A stretch of 64,000 nt of DNA, from NCBI GenBank assembly GCA_041484665.1, contig JBGPIA010000001.1, forward strand, positions 672,001-736,000, written 5' to 3'. The DNA is from Candidatus Krumholzibacteriia bacterium. GTDB taxonomy: Bacteria; Krumholzibacteriota; Krumholzibacteriia; JAJRXK01. Positions 1 to 10,634 of the stretch are shown here, piece after piece. The notes beneath the pieces were generated by a model that saw only the letters and a program-made list of their open reading frames with translations, was not told the origin of the DNA and did not search any database. The position numbers were made by a program, and so were the translations under genes. Each line of letters opens with the position of its first letter. Position 1 is the first letter of the stretch.

Positions 1-1
1 C

Positions 2-2065
2 ACCTTCCACGAGGACAGCGCTGCGCTCCACCTCGACGTCAAGTCCTTGGGCAGGTCGAATGCCTGGGCGGACCTGAACGGTGACCGCCGCGTGGACGTC
101 GTCGCGGTGAGCCACGACCAGGGGGTCGCGGTGTTCTTCCAAACCGCAGATGGCTTGTTCCAGGACGTGACAAAGACGTGCGGTGCGCGCAGGCGGCTGC
201 CCACCTACGGCGTCCTACTGGTCGATGCGGACAACGATGGCGACCGCGACATCTTCCTCGTCCACGGAGGCTTCGTTATTGATCCAGTCGTGAACGCATC
301 CGCACGCTCCCTCTTCCTCAACGACGGAACAGGTCGATTCTCGGACGCCACGCTCGCGTCGGGCCTGGCAGGACCCGGGCGGGGCTTCGGGGCCGTCGCC
401 GTGGACTACGACCGGGACGGCTGGCTCGACCTGTACTTTACCGGATATGACGCACCGAACGTACTCTTCCACAACAAAGGCGGCGGCGTCTTCCGCGACG
501 TAACCGAGGACGCGGGCGCCGGCGCACAGGAGGGGCGCGAGGGGTACAGCACTTCCGTGGTGGTGCTGGATTACGACCGGGACGGCTGGGACGACCTGTT
601 CGTCGCCCAGCGGGACTGGCCTGACGCGGAGCATCCACTCGGCAACAGCGTTCTCCTTCACAATCAAGGTGACGGCACGTTTGTCAACCGAGCGCCTGCT
701 GCAGGTGTACAGGGATATGGCGGCGATTTCGTGGCCACCTGCGGCGACTACGACGGGGACGGCTGGCCGGACTTGTACGTGGCGACCTTTAACTGGGCGC
801 CCAACGGCGTACCCGAGACCTCCGACAGCAACCGTCTCTATCTGAATCGACGCGACGGCACATTTCGCGACGCCACCGCCGAAGCTGGTGTGGCGTACAT
901 CGGGGGAACGATGGGCCTGGCGTCTGGAGACTTCGACAATGACGGTTGGGTCGATCTCTATCTCGGCACTGGAGGCCCCTTTGCGCTGCAGCAGGAGGAG
1001 CAGATCCTGTTCCACAACGAGGGGAACGTCCACTTCGTGCCGGTGCAGGAGGAAGCCGGTGTGTCGCATCTGGGAAGGGGCCACGGGGCGGTTTTCGTGG
1101 ACTTCGACGAAGATGGGGACCTGGATCTCTTCCATTCCCTCGGCGGCTTCTATACAGCAGACCTCGAACGCAGCGCGCTCTACCGGAACAGTGGCGGGCC
1201 CGCCCATTGGATCGCCGTGGAACTGGAAAGCACGCACTGTAACCGAGACGGGGTGGGTGCAGTCGTGGAGGTCACCGCCCAGGACCGGGGCTGGCAGCAG
1301 GAGCTGAGGGCAGGCGATGGTTTTGGATCGATGCCGCCGCTGAGAGCATGGTTCGGACTGGGCGCGACGGCCGCGATCGAGCGGGTCACCGTTACGTGGC
1401 CGTGTGGGGAGAGGCAGAGCCAAGAGCGTCCCGGGGTGGACGGGGTGCTGCACATCCAGGAGCAGTCAGCGCGTCACTCGGGCACGGCTGCAACCGTGCT
1501 GGCCGTCGCAGCCGGCCGGCTGGAGGACGGCGCCGTCTGGCTGGCGTGGCACGACCCGTTCGGCGACGAGCGCGCTGGCGCGTACGCCTTCACCGTGGAG
1601 CGACTCGATGGAGCCGCGTTTCAGGTGCTCAGGGGCTCTCGTCACCCAGACGACGGCGGAAGCGATCACCGGCTCGTGGACGCGGACGCTCCCCGCGACC
1701 GCGGCGTATGCTACAGGGTTTTCACGGAGCCCGGCCTCGGCGTCGCTCTTATCGGCGAAGTCGCGGTTGCCGCATGGGACGCGCCCAGCGAGGCGCTGTC
1801 GTTGCGCGTGTATCCAAACCCCTTCCGGGAACATCTGCAGGTGCAGTACACGCTCCGTGCGCCCGCGTCGGTGACACTTGCAGTCTACTCCGTCGACGGA
1901 CGCCTGGTCCGCCATCTCGAGTGGGGCGAGGGCTCTGCGGGGCGTCACGTCGCGGCCTGGGATGGCACGGACATGGCTGGCGCTCGCGTGGCCGCCGGGG
2001 TGTATCGACTCTCGCTCTCCACCGGCCGGCGCGTAGTCACACGCCCGATCGTCAGGCATCGTTGA
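2..2065 (+). CDS. Secreted FG-GAP repeat / ASPIC-UnbV (CRTAC1-like) protein with C-terminal FlgD-Ig-like domain; 5'-partial
   Basis: Many DxDxDGxxD repeats, an ASPIC-like 'RDGVGAVVEV...WFGLG...VTWPCG' region and a tail 'VYPNPF...VYSVDGRLVRHL...WDGTD...GVY'. The frame is open back to position 2. Confidence 0.85.
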   Translation, partial: TFHEDSAALHLDVKSLGRSNAWADLNGDRRVDVVAVSHDQGVAVFFQTADGLFQDVTKTCGARRRLPTYGVLLVDADNDGDRDIFLVHGGFVIDPVVNASARSLFLNDGTGRFSDATLASGLAGPGRGFGAVAVDYDRDGWLDLYFTGYDAPNVLFHNKGGGVFRDVTEDAGAGAQEGREGYSTSVVVLDYDRDGWDDLFVAQRDWPDAEHPLGNSVLLHNQGDGTFVNRAPAAGVQGYGGDFVATCGDYDGDGWPDLYVATFNWAPNGVPETSDSNRLYLNRRDGTFRDATAEAGVAYIGGTMGLASGDFDNDGWVDLYLGTGGPFALQQEEQILFHNEGNVHFVPVQEEAGVSHLGRGHGAVFVDFDEDGDLDLFHSLGGFYTADLERSALYRNSGGPAHWIAVELESTHCNRDGVGAVVEVTAQDRGWQQELRAGDGFGSMPPLRAWFGLGATAAIERVTVTWPCGERQSQERPGVDGVLHIQEQSARHSGTAATVLAVAAGRLEDGAVWLAWHDPFGDERAGAYAFTVERLDGAAFQVLRGSRHPDDGGSDHRLVDADAPRDRGVCYRVFTEPGLGVALIGEVAVAAWDAPSEALSLRVYPNPFREHLQVQYTLRAPASVTLAVYSVDGRLVRHLEWGEGSAGRHVAAWDGTDMAGARVAAGVYRLSLSTGRRVVTRPIVRHR

Positions 2066-2179
2066 CAGACGGCCACATGCTCGGCGTTGAGATGAGCGGG
2101 TGAACGCACGACATCAGGGAGACGGAAAGGGTTCGGCAACAGCGTGAACCGCCGCGCCCCGCCACACTGACCCAAGAGG

Positions 2180-2605
2180 ATGGACATGCACTCCCTGAGC
2201 CGGTTCTCGCTCTACGAGCGCGTGGGGGGGTTCCCCGGCCTCGCCGCGATCGTCGACGACCTCGTGGAACGACTCTGCGCCGAGCTCTCGCTCGATGCCC
2301 ATGGCGCTCGTTCGTCCGACGATCTGAAGAGATCGCTTCGGGCGCAGAGCATGCACCTGTTGTGCACGGCGGCAGGCGATCCCGGGTTGCTGCTCCGCCG
2401 GCCATGGTTGGACGGAGGAGCGGGCTGGGGGCTGGTCGGCTTCGAGTGGAACACCTTCCTGGCGCAGCTCGAGCGGTCGCTCAGCCGCTTTGCAGTCCCC
2501 GAGGACGACAAACGCGAAATGCTGAGCGTCCTGGCGTCGATCCCCCATCGGCACGTGCATCCACGGTGCAGCCATGAAGCCGCGGCGGGTCATGCGCCGG
2601 CTTGA
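2180..2605 (+). CDS. Group I truncated-globin-like protein, apparently lacking the proximal His
   Basis: 'SLYERVGG..LAAIVDD', 'LCTAAGDP' and 'EWNTFL..L..SL..FAVP' follow the 2/2 globin pattern. GAGG lies before the ATG. Confidence 0.6.
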   Translation: MDMHSLSRFSLYERVGGFPGLAAIVDDLVERLCAELSLDAHGARSSDDLKRSLRAQSMHLLCTAAGDPGLLLRRPWLDGGAGWGLVGFEWNTFLAQLERSLSRFAVPEDDKREMLSVLASIPHRHVHPRCSHEAAAGHAPA

Positions 2606-3317
2606 AGGGCCCGAGTTGGGGGTCGCCACGGCCAGTCTGGCGGCAATTGTCGCGTTACTCCTGCTGCACCATCTCAGCGCTCCCAGCGCCTCCAATCTCC
2701 ACGATCTCTTCCGGAGGCTCATCTACATCCCCGTGATCGTCGCCTTCATCGCGCAGATCCACGGTGACCTCACCACCGTCGAGGGGCGGGCCGAGACGCT
2801 GAGCTTTCTATCCGATCGCAGCGGAGACCTTGCCCCGCGGACTTCTGTGGCGATCATCCGGGGTGAAGTCGGCCGCGCCCGGCGCTTCCTGCTCGACTTG
2901 CGAGACCTCGACCAGAGAACGGAGGGCCGCGTCGGAACGGTCAAGCTCTCGGCGCTCCTGGTCGGCATCGTTGCCGACATGGCTGCCGATCCGCAGGTGC
3001 GTTCGGGGGGTGACCTCCCGGTGCGACTGCTCGCGATTCCAGAGCAGGCTGCGATCCGCGGCAACCGGGCGACCCTGGCCAATTCGCTGCGCGCCCTCCT
3101 GCAGGGGCTTCTCTCCGCGCTTCCACCCTCCGGCCAGCTTGCGGTTGGGCTGTCGCTGGACGATCAGGCAGTCGTCATGACGTTCACCGCCGACGGGGAA
3201 CGAAGCCCGCTGCCGGACCTCCGCGATCCGCTCGGCGCCGCCTTCGGGCCCGCGCCGAGCGATTACAAGTTCCAACAAGCATTGTGCTTGCACCTGCTCG
3301 CGGCCGAGGGCGCGTAG
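2574..3317 (+). pseudogene. Degenerate membrane sensor histidine kinase (pseudokinase or pseudogene)
   Basis: N-terminal TM with 'LHDLFRRLIYIPVI', then HisKA/HATPase-like spacing with H, N, G1 and G2 boxes eroded. HATPase-like sequence continues past the TAG. Confidence 0.5.
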
Positions 3318-3748
3318 ATCGGCGTCCTCCGCCCGTCCAGCACGGTCGCGGTCGTCACACTTCGGTTCCACCCAGAGCCACGCCTCGCGGCGACGCTCGT
3401 CCATCGGCAAGAGCCGGGTGTGCGGCGACCCGGGCGCACGTAACTCGGTAGCACTGGCCCGCTCGCTGGCATCCCAGAGTCGTTCCGCTTCTCCAGCGCG
3501 GCGTCAAGCCGCGCCCGGGGGATGCTGCCCCGCAATCGCGGGCTGCTTCATATGCAGCAGCAGATTCTGGATCTGCTGCCTGCCAAGCAGTCGGGCAAGC
3601 GCCCCCGACCGTGCGCTCCGACCTATCTCGCTCCCCTATAACGAGTTCCACGCATTTCCCGGAGTCGGCCCTCAGGTTGCCTAGAGCACTCGTACCGCGC
3701 GAGGCGCCCCCGGTCCGGGCGCGAACCAAGAGACGGAGGTCGGCAGCC

Positions 3749-5098
3749 ATGGTGAAGACGGGGCTAGTTTCGGCGGCGTTGCTGCTGCTGCTGGGAGTGG
3801 TGGTTCCTGACGCCCACGCGCAGGAGCCTGCAGCGGAGCCGACCGCGAGCCTGCAGGCATTGCTGCAGGAGGCGCTGGCTGCCAACCCCGAGATCGCGCG
3901 CGCACGGGAGCTTTGGCGCGCCGAGCAGAGCCGTGTGCCCTATGTGGGAGCGCTGGAGGATCCGGTCCTGGGAGTTGGATTCGACGACCAGCCTTTCGAC
4001 CGGGGCCTTCTGGGCAAGCGGGAGGTCTCCCTCAGGCAGGCGTTCCCGTTCCCCGGCAAGCGGTCCGTGATGACCGAGATGGCCACCTGGGACGCGAAGG
4101 CCGCCCGCGAGATGGCCCTGGAAACGATCCGGGAGGTCCTGACTGAGGTCAAGCTGGCGTACTTCGGTCTCTTCATGCTGGAGAGCCAGTTGTCCACGCT
4201 TCGAGAGAGCAACGACGCGCTGCGTGATGTCGTCCAGGTGACCCAGACGCGCTACGAGACGGGCGTCGCTGGCCAGCAGGATCTGCTCCTGGCACAGGTC
4301 GAACGCACTGCGCTCGGCGGTGACGTCCGTCGCCTCGAAGCGCAGGTTCGCGCCGCCCGGGCCAAACTGAACCTCCTGCTCGCCCGCGCGCCGGGCACGC
4401 CGCTGGGCCGCGTCAGTGTCACGGACCTGTCGCCGTTCGTCGCGACGCGCGAAGAGTTGTTGGCCGGAGCTCACGGGAACCGTCCACTGCTGCGTGCCAC
4501 TGAGCATGAGGTCGAGGCGGCCAGGGCCGCTGAGCGGCTCGCCCGCATCGCCTACCGTCCGGACTTCATGGTTTCCGCTGGGTACATGACGACGCCGGGC
4601 ATGGACGACGAGTGGCGGGCCGAGATCGGGCTCACCCTTCCGGTCTGGAAGGGGCGCAAGCAGGACGCCGCCGCAGGCGAAGCCGCCCGGCGTCGCGCAG
4701 CCAGCGAGCAAATGCTCGAAAACGAGCGCAACCGCGTGAGCATGACGGTCGAGGAGCAGTTTGCGGAACTGACCTCCGACCGACAGATCGTCGGGCTGTA
4801 CCGCGACGAGATCCTGCCCCTGGCCGAGCTCGCTTACTCCAGCGCGCGCGCGAGCTATCGGACGGGCCAGGTGACGTTCATCCTGCTGCTCGAGAGCCTG
4901 CGCAAGTGGATCGAGCTCAAGCGCATGTATTACGAGGTCCTCGCCGATGCAGAGATGCGGTTGGCCTCGCTGGAGGCCGCCGTGGGATCCGATCTGGGTG
5001 GAATCCACCTGGACCTGGAGGCCGCTTTGTCAACAAGCCCGCAAGCCGCGGGCGGCAGCCGCTCCGACTCGCACGCCATGGAGGAGAAGAAGCAATGA
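3749..5098 (+). CDS. TolC-family outer membrane factor (CusC-like)
   Basis: Signal peptide, 'ALAANPEI', 'QAFPFPGKR', 'YETG...QQDLL' and 'GLTLPVW'. GGAGGT RBS; first gene of the RND operon. Confidence 0.9.
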   Translation: MVKTGLVSAALLLLLGVVVPDAHAQEPAAEPTASLQALLQEALAANPEIARARELWRAEQSRVPYVGALEDPVLGVGFDDQPFDRGLLGKREVSLRQAFPFPGKRSVMTEMATWDAKAAREMALETIREVLTEVKLAYFGLFMLESQLSTLRESNDALRDVVQVTQTRYETGVAGQQDLLLAQVERTALGGDVRRLEAQVRAARAKLNLLLARAPGTPLGRVSVTDLSPFVATREELLAGAHGNRPLLRATEHEVEAARAAERLARIAYRPDFMVSAGYMTTPGMDDEWRAEIGLTLPVWKGRKQDAAAGEAARRRAASEQMLENERNRVSMTVEEQFAELTSDRQIVGLYRDEILPLAELAYSSARASYRTGQVTFILLLESLRKWIELKRMYYEVLADAEMRLASLEAAVGSDLGGIHLDLEAALSTSPQAAGGSRSDSHAMEEKKQ

Positions 5099-6528
5099 AG
5101 GGCACAGCTATGCCCGACGGAGCGAAGCGCCGAGCCCGCAGGGTGGCGCAACTGCTCCTCAGCATCGCCGTGGCGGTCTCGCTGGCGGCTGTCGGCACCG
5201 GGTGCGGGCGGAAGCAGCAACCGACGAACGGTCAGGCCTCTACGACCAAGCCGAAGCAGATCTACTACTGCCCCATGCACCCGACCTACACGAGCGACAA
5301 GCCGGGCGATTGCCCCATCTGCAACATGCACCTCGTCCTCATGGAGCAGACAACCCCCGCGGAGGCGGCGCCTTCCAGCAGCGGAGAGATGCCGGCTAAG
5401 GGAATGGCGTCCATGGAACACGAGGAACACACGCAGGCGCAGCCAGCGCAGCACGAGGGCCACGTCGACGCCCTGACGCCTGGCGGGGGGGCCTTGACCC
5501 CCGCATCGCCCGTGAAGGGGTACACGCCGGTGAGGATCTCATCCGAGAAGCAGCAGCTCATCGGCGTGAGGCTCGCCCCGGCCGAGGTCGGGCCGATGAC
5601 CAAGACGATCCGCGCCGTCGGCCGCGTCGACTACGACGAATCGCGCCTCCACCACATCCACACCAAGGTGGACGGCTGGATCGGCAAGCTCTACGTCTCG
5701 TACACGGGGCAGCGCGTCGACGAGGGCAACCCTCTCTTCAGCTTCTACAGCCCCGAAATCGTCGCCACCCAGGAGGAATATCTCCTGGCCCTGCAGGCCG
5801 CCGCCAAGGCCCCCGCCAGCGATCCGGCGCGTGACCTGGTCTCCTCCGTGGAGAGGCGGCTGCTGCTCTGGGATCTCCATGGCTCCCAGTTGCACGAGAT
5901 CGCGGACTCGGGCAAGGCCAAGACCTACGTCGACATCGCAGCCCACGCCACGGGCGTCGTGGTGGAGAAGCAGGCGCTCGAAGGCATGCGCGTGATGCCC
6001 GGGGAAGAGCTGTACACAATTGCGGACCTGTCGCGCATTTGGGTGAATGCCGCCGTCTACGAGTACGAGCTTCCGTATGTGAAGCTCGGCCAGCAAGCCG
6101 TCATCACGCTGCCCTATGACGCGAAGCAGAACTTCACGGGCCGCATCTCCTACGTGTACCCGTACCTCGACGAGAAGACGCGCACTGCGCAGGTGCGTCT
6201 CGAGTTCGACAACCCGCATCAACTGTTGAAGCCCGGCATGTTCGCGAATGTCGAGATCGAGATCGCCATGGGGCAGCAGGTAACCATTCCGTCGGACGCG
6301 ATCCTCGACTCGGGCGACCGGCAGCTGGTGTTCGTCGCCAAGGGTGACGGCCTGTTCGAGCCGCGCGAAGTGCACCTTGGCCAACGCTTCGCGGAGCGCG
6401 TGGCCGTCACGGACGGCGTCTCTCCAGGGGAAAGCGTCGTAGTCGGCGCTCAATTCCTCATCGATTCCGAGAGCCAGCTTCGCGCTGCATTAGCCGGGAT
6501 GGGGGCCGCCGGGGAGCACCGGCACTAG
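5095..6528 (+). CDS. cusB: CusB-like RND periplasmic adaptor with heavy-metal-binding domain
   Basis: ATGA overlap with the TolC stop. Lipobox-like 'VGTGC', 'YYCPMHP..CPICNM', 'IADLSRIWV', 'LKPGMF' and 'QFLIDSES'. Confidence 0.9.
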   Translation: MKGTAMPDGAKRRARRVAQLLLSIAVAVSLAAVGTGCGRKQQPTNGQASTTKPKQIYYCPMHPTYTSDKPGDCPICNMHLVLMEQTTPAEAAPSSSGEMPAKGMASMEHEEHTQAQPAQHEGHVDALTPGGGALTPASPVKGYTPVRISSEKQQLIGVRLAPAEVGPMTKTIRAVGRVDYDESRLHHIHTKVDGWIGKLYVSYTGQRVDEGNPLFSFYSPEIVATQEEYLLALQAAAKAPASDPARDLVSSVERRLLLWDLHGSQLHEIADSGKAKTYVDIAAHATGVVVEKQALEGMRVMPGEELYTIADLSRIWVNAAVYEYELPYVKLGQQAVITLPYDAKQNFTGRISYVYPYLDEKTRTAQVRLEFDNPHQLLKPGMFANVEIEIAMGQQVTIPSDAILDSGDRQLVFVAKGDGLFEPREVHLGQRFAERVAVTDGVSPGESVVVGAQFLIDSESQLRAALAGMGAAGEHRH

Positions 6529-6655
6529 TCATGGGCCGAGACAGCGGTCCGGATCGACGCAGCGCCCCGCGCCCGGTGGAGATCCGCGAACCCGATTGGC
6601 ACCGAACGAACCTGGCGGGAGCCGAGCCTCGCAGTGACGATGGGAGGAGACGGAC

Positions 6656-9600
6656 ATGATCGAGCGGATCATCGATTACTGTGCGAGGAACAAGTTCATC
6701 GTCTTCCTCTTCCTGTCCGTCGGCCTCGCCGTTGGATTCTGGTCGATGCAGAACATCGGGCTCGACGCCATTCCCGACCTGTCCGACACGCAAGTGATCG
6801 TCTACTCCAGGTGGGATCGCAGCCCGGACATCATCGAAGACCAGGTCACCTACCCCATCGTCACGTCGATGCTGGGAGCCCCGAGAGTGAAGGCGATCCG
6901 CGGGTTCTCGGACTTCGGCTTCTCGTACGTCTACATCATCTTCGAGGAAGGCACCGACATCTACTGGGCCCGCTCCCGAACGCTGGAGTATCTGTCCAAG
7001 ATCATCCCCCGTCTGCCCGAAGGTGTCCGCACCGAGTTGGGCCCCGACGCCACGGGCGTTGGATGGGTGTTCCAGTATGCGCTCATGGATACGACCGGCC
7101 AAAACTCACTAGCGGACCTCCGTTCCTATCAGGATTGGTATCTCCGCTACTACCTCCAGAGCGTGCCGGGCGTCGCCGAAGTCGCCGCTCTTGGGGGCTT
7201 CGTCCGGCAGTACCAGGTCAACGTTAATCCCAATGCCCTGCTGGCCTATGGCGTTTCCACCGGACAGGTGGTGGACGCCGTGCGAAAGGGCAACAACGAT
7301 GTCGGCGGCCGTCTGATCGAGTTCTCCGGCCGCGAGTACATGGTGCGCGGCCGCGGCTATATCAGGTCCAAGGAAGACATCGCCCAGATTGTGGTCGGGG
7401 TCAACGAGAAGACCGGTACGCCGGTACTGGTCAAGAATGTCGCCACGGTCGCGCTGGGCCCCGATCTGCGGCGGGGCGTTGGCGAGCACAACGGCAAGGG
7501 TGAAGCCGTGGGTGGGATCGTCGTCATGCGTCAGGGCGAGAACGCCCTCAAGGTGATCGACCGCGTGAAGGCCAAGCTCGAGGAGATCAAGCCATCGTTG
7601 CCGCCCGGCGTCACGGTCGTCACCACTTACGATCGTGCCATGCTCATCGAGCACTCGATCGACACTTTGAAGGAAACGCTGAAGGAAGAGCTGATCGTCG
7701 TCAGCCTGGTAATCCTTCTGTTTCTGTCACACATCCCCAGCGCCATCATCCCCATCTTCACCCTACCGGCGGCGGTGGTGCTGTCCTTCATCCCCATGAA
7801 GATCATGGGCGTATCCGCCAACATCATGTCGCTCGCCGGCATTGCAGTGGCGATCGGAGCCATGATCGACGCCGCAGTGGTGGTCGTTGAGCAGACCCAC
7901 AAGAAGCTGGAGCACTGGGAAGCGGGCGGGCGCAAGGAGGACTATCGGGAGGTGATCATCACTGCCGTCAAGGAGGTCGGACGGCCCTCGTTCTTCTCGC
8001 TCATGGTCATCGCTGTCTCCTTCCTGCCCATCTTCACCCTCGAGGCGCAGGAGGGGCGCCTCTTCAAGCCGCTGGCCTTCACCAAGAACTTCTCCATGGC
8101 CATCGCCGCCGTGCTGGCGATCACGCTCGATCCGGCCATGCGCTTGCTCTTCACCCATATGCGGGAGTTCTCCTTCCGTCCGCGGTGGCTCGCCAGGAGC
8201 GTGAATGCCATCCTGGTGGGCAAGATCCGAAGCGAGGACAAGCATCCCATCAGCCGACGGCTGTTCAAGGTCTACATGCCGGTTTGCCGGTTCGTGCTGC
8301 GCCACCCTTGGCAGGTGATTGGATCGTCGGTCCTGCTCTTCTCCACGACGTTCTTCGCCTACCATCGGCTCGGCTCGGAGTTCATGCCGCCGCTGAACGA
8401 GGGCGTCATCCTGTACATGCCCACCACCCTTCCCGGGATCTCGGTGACCGAGGCGACACGTCTACTCCAGACGCAAGACAAGATCCTCATGTCCTTCCCC
8501 GAGGTGGAGAGCGTCCACGGCAAGTCCGGCCGCGCCGAGACCTCGACGGACCCAGCCCCATTCTCCATGATGGAGACCGTCGTTACCCTCAAGCCCCAAG
8601 CCCAGTGGCGTCCGAAGCACCGCTGGTACTCGTCCTGGGCGCCCCAGTGGCTCGCTTCCGGGCTGCGCCGGGCTTGGCCCGACCGCATCTCGTGGGACGA
8701 GCTGATCTACGGCGAGCACGGGCTCGATCAAGCGCTGCGTTTTCCGGGAGTCACCAACGCCTGGACGATGCCGGTCAAGAACCGCATCGACATGTTGACC
8801 ACCGGCGTTCGCACTCCGGTCGGGATCAAGGTCTTCGGACAGGACCTGGGTGAAATCGAGAAGATCGGGCAGCACATCGAGGCCGTCCTGAAGGACATCC
8901 GAGGCACGCGGAGCGTATACGCCGAACGCGTAACGGGCGGGTACTTCATCGACTTCGACCTCAAGCGTGAAGAGCTTGCTCGCTACGGTCTGACCATCGA
9001 CGACGCCCAGATGACGATCATGTCCGCCGTCGGAGGGGAGAATGTCACGACCACCGTGGAAGGCAAGGAGCGCTACCCGGTCAACGTCCGCTACCTCGCC
9101 GACTTCCGGACCGACCCCGACCGGCTCTCGCGCGTGCTGATTTCGACCCCCACGGGCGCCCAGATCCCCATCGCACAGGTGGCCGATATCCGCTTGACCA
9201 CTGGCCCCGCCATGATCCGCAACGAGAACGGATTGTTGGCCGGCTATATTTACGTGGACGTTGCCGGTCGCGATCTCGGTGGGTGGGTCAATGAGGCGAA
9301 GTCGATCGTTCGGGACAAGATCAAGCTCCCCACCGGATACACCATCGGCTGGAGCGGTCAATACGAGTTCCTCGAGCGCGTGTTTCGGCGGCTCTCCCTG
9401 GTCGTGCCTCTGACCATCATCCTGGTCTTCGTCCTTATCTACTTCAACACGCGATCCCTGGCGAAGACGGCGATCGTCTTCCTGGCCGTGCCGTTCTCCG
9501 CGATCGGGGCGATCTGGCTGCTCTATGCCCTGGGCTACCACATGTCCATCGGCGTTTGGGTGGGGCTGATCGCGCTGCTGGGCGTCGATGCCGAGACCGG

Positions 9601-9955
9601 CATCTTCATGCTGCTCTATCTCGACCTGGCCTACGAGGATGCGCGCAAGAAGGGGCTCATGCGCGACGTGGCCGATCTCAACGAGGCGATCCTCCACGGG
9701 GCAGTCTTGCGGGTGCGGCCGAAGTTGATGACGGTGGCGTGCGCCTTTGTGGGACTGATGCCAATCATGTGGTCTACCGGGACCGGCGCCGACGTCATGA
9801 AGCGCATCGCCGCGCCGATGGTTGGCGGTCTCTTCACGTCGTTCCTGATGGAGTTGCTGGTCTATCCTGCCATCTACTTGCTGTGGAGGTGGCACTTCCA
9901 CGTAAAGAAGGTGGCCCGCGGGCCGGCGCTCGTGCTGGAAGGGCTGAATCCGTGA
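6656..9955 (+). CDS. cusA: CusA-type Cu/Ag RND efflux permease
   Basis: 'DAIPDLSDTQVI', 'LGPDATGVGW', 'GSEFMPPLNEG', 'NRIDML' and 'MKRIAAPMVGG'. GGAGG RBS. Confidence 0.95.
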   Translation: MIERIIDYCARNKFIVFLFLSVGLAVGFWSMQNIGLDAIPDLSDTQVIVYSRWDRSPDIIEDQVTYPIVTSMLGAPRVKAIRGFSDFGFSYVYIIFEEGTDIYWARSRTLEYLSKIIPRLPEGVRTELGPDATGVGWVFQYALMDTTGQNSLADLRSYQDWYLRYYLQSVPGVAEVAALGGFVRQYQVNVNPNALLAYGVSTGQVVDAVRKGNNDVGGRLIEFSGREYMVRGRGYIRSKEDIAQIVVGVNEKTGTPVLVKNVATVALGPDLRRGVGEHNGKGEAVGGIVVMRQGENALKVIDRVKAKLEEIKPSLPPGVTVVTTYDRAMLIEHSIDTLKETLKEELIVVSLVILLFLSHIPSAIIPIFTLPAAVVLSFIPMKIMGVSANIMSLAGIAVAIGAMIDAAVVVVEQTHKKLEHWEAGGRKEDYREVIITAVKEVGRPSFFSLMVIAVSFLPIFTLEAQEGRLFKPLAFTKNFSMAIAAVLAITLDPAMRLLFTHMREFSFRPRWLARSVNAILVGKIRSEDKHPISRRLFKVYMPVCRFVLRHPWQVIGSSVLLFSTTFFAYHRLGSEFMPPLNEGVILYMPTTLPGISVTEATRLLQTQDKILMSFPEVESVHGKSGRAETSTDPAPFSMMETVVTLKPQAQWRPKHRWYSSWAPQWLASGLRRAWPDRISWDELIYGEHGLDQALRFPGVTNAWTMPVKNRIDMLTTGVRTPVGIKVFGQDLGEIEKIGQHIEAVLKDIRGTRSVYAERVTGGYFIDFDLKREELARYGLTIDDAQMTIMSAVGGENVTTTVEGKERYPVNVRYLADFRTDPDRLSRVLISTPTGAQIPIAQVADIRLTTGPAMIRNENGLLAGYIYVDVAGRDLGGWVNEAKSIVRDKIKLPTGYTIGWSGQYEFLERVFRRLSLVVPLTIILVFVLIYFNTRSLAKTAIVFLAVPFSAIGAIWLLYALGYHMSIGVWVGLIALLGVDAETGIFMLLYLDLAYEDARKKGLMRDVADLNEAILHGAVLRVRPKLMTVACAFVGLMPIMWSTGTGADVMKRIAAPMVGGLFTSFLMELLVYPAIYLLWRWHFHVKKVARGPALVLEGLNP

Positions 9956-10007
9956 CACAGCCTGATCTTTCGATGTGCGGGTCTAACCTAGATACGGAGG
10001 CGATGCC

Positions 10008-10634
10008 ATGATCTCGAAGCTCATCAGATCCACCAGCGTGGTGCCAGCCATGCTGCTGGCCGTTGCGGTCGTCCAGCGGGGCGCGAATGCTGCGCCCCTT
10101 GCCTCCAACGAGGCGAGCGAGCACCACAGCCAAGCGGCGCAGACGGCAAGCCGCGACTGGCGTGTCGCGGTCGATCAGTTTGCGGTGATCGCAACAATCT
10201 TGGCTGCGGACCACATGGACGGCGTCGACGCACGCGCGAAGGGCATGGCGGAGGCTCTCCAGCCGGTTCCAGATCCGCAGGCGAAGGATGACGGCGCCGC
10301 TCAGCTCCGGGCGATCCACGCCGCGATCGGCTCGCTGGCCACGCCAGGCCTGACGATCGAGGCCGCTCGCGAACGGTTCAAGAAGCTCAGCGGCCTCTTC
10401 GTGTCCGTGGCGGAGAGCAAGTACGTCAAGACGGACAACAGGCCCGAGTACGCGGTGTTCTATTGCCCCATGGCCGAGGCCTCGTGGATCCAGGTCGGCG
10501 ATACCGCGGTGAATCCGTACCTGGGGGCGAAGATGCTGAAGTGCGGTACCAAGGAATCGGTCCTCGGCGGCTCGGGCGCGACGCCAGTCAGGAAAGCGCT
10601 CCACCGGCACGACCCCGGCCATACATGGCACTAG
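10008..10634 (+). CDS. DUF3347-like exported metal-resistance-associated protein
   Basis: Signal peptide, 'RERFKKLS' and 'YCPMA..SWIQ..NPYLG.KMLKCG'. GGAGG RBS. Confidence 0.8.
   Translation: MISKLIRSTSVVPAMLLAVAVVQRGANAAPLASNEASEHHSQAAQTASRDWRVAVDQFAVIATILAADHMDGVDARAKGMAEALQPVPDPQAKDDGAAQLRAIHAAIGSLATPGLTIEAARERFKKLSGLFVSVAESKYVKTDNRPEYAVFYCPMAEASWIQVGDTAVNPYLGAKMLKCGTKESVLGGSGATPVRKALHRHDPGHTWH

Noticed and set aside
3315..3317. Genome-wide TAG recoding or pyrrolysine
   Set aside because: Many intact genes here (cusB, copA, acnA, glnA) end normally at TAG, and no pyl genes were seen.
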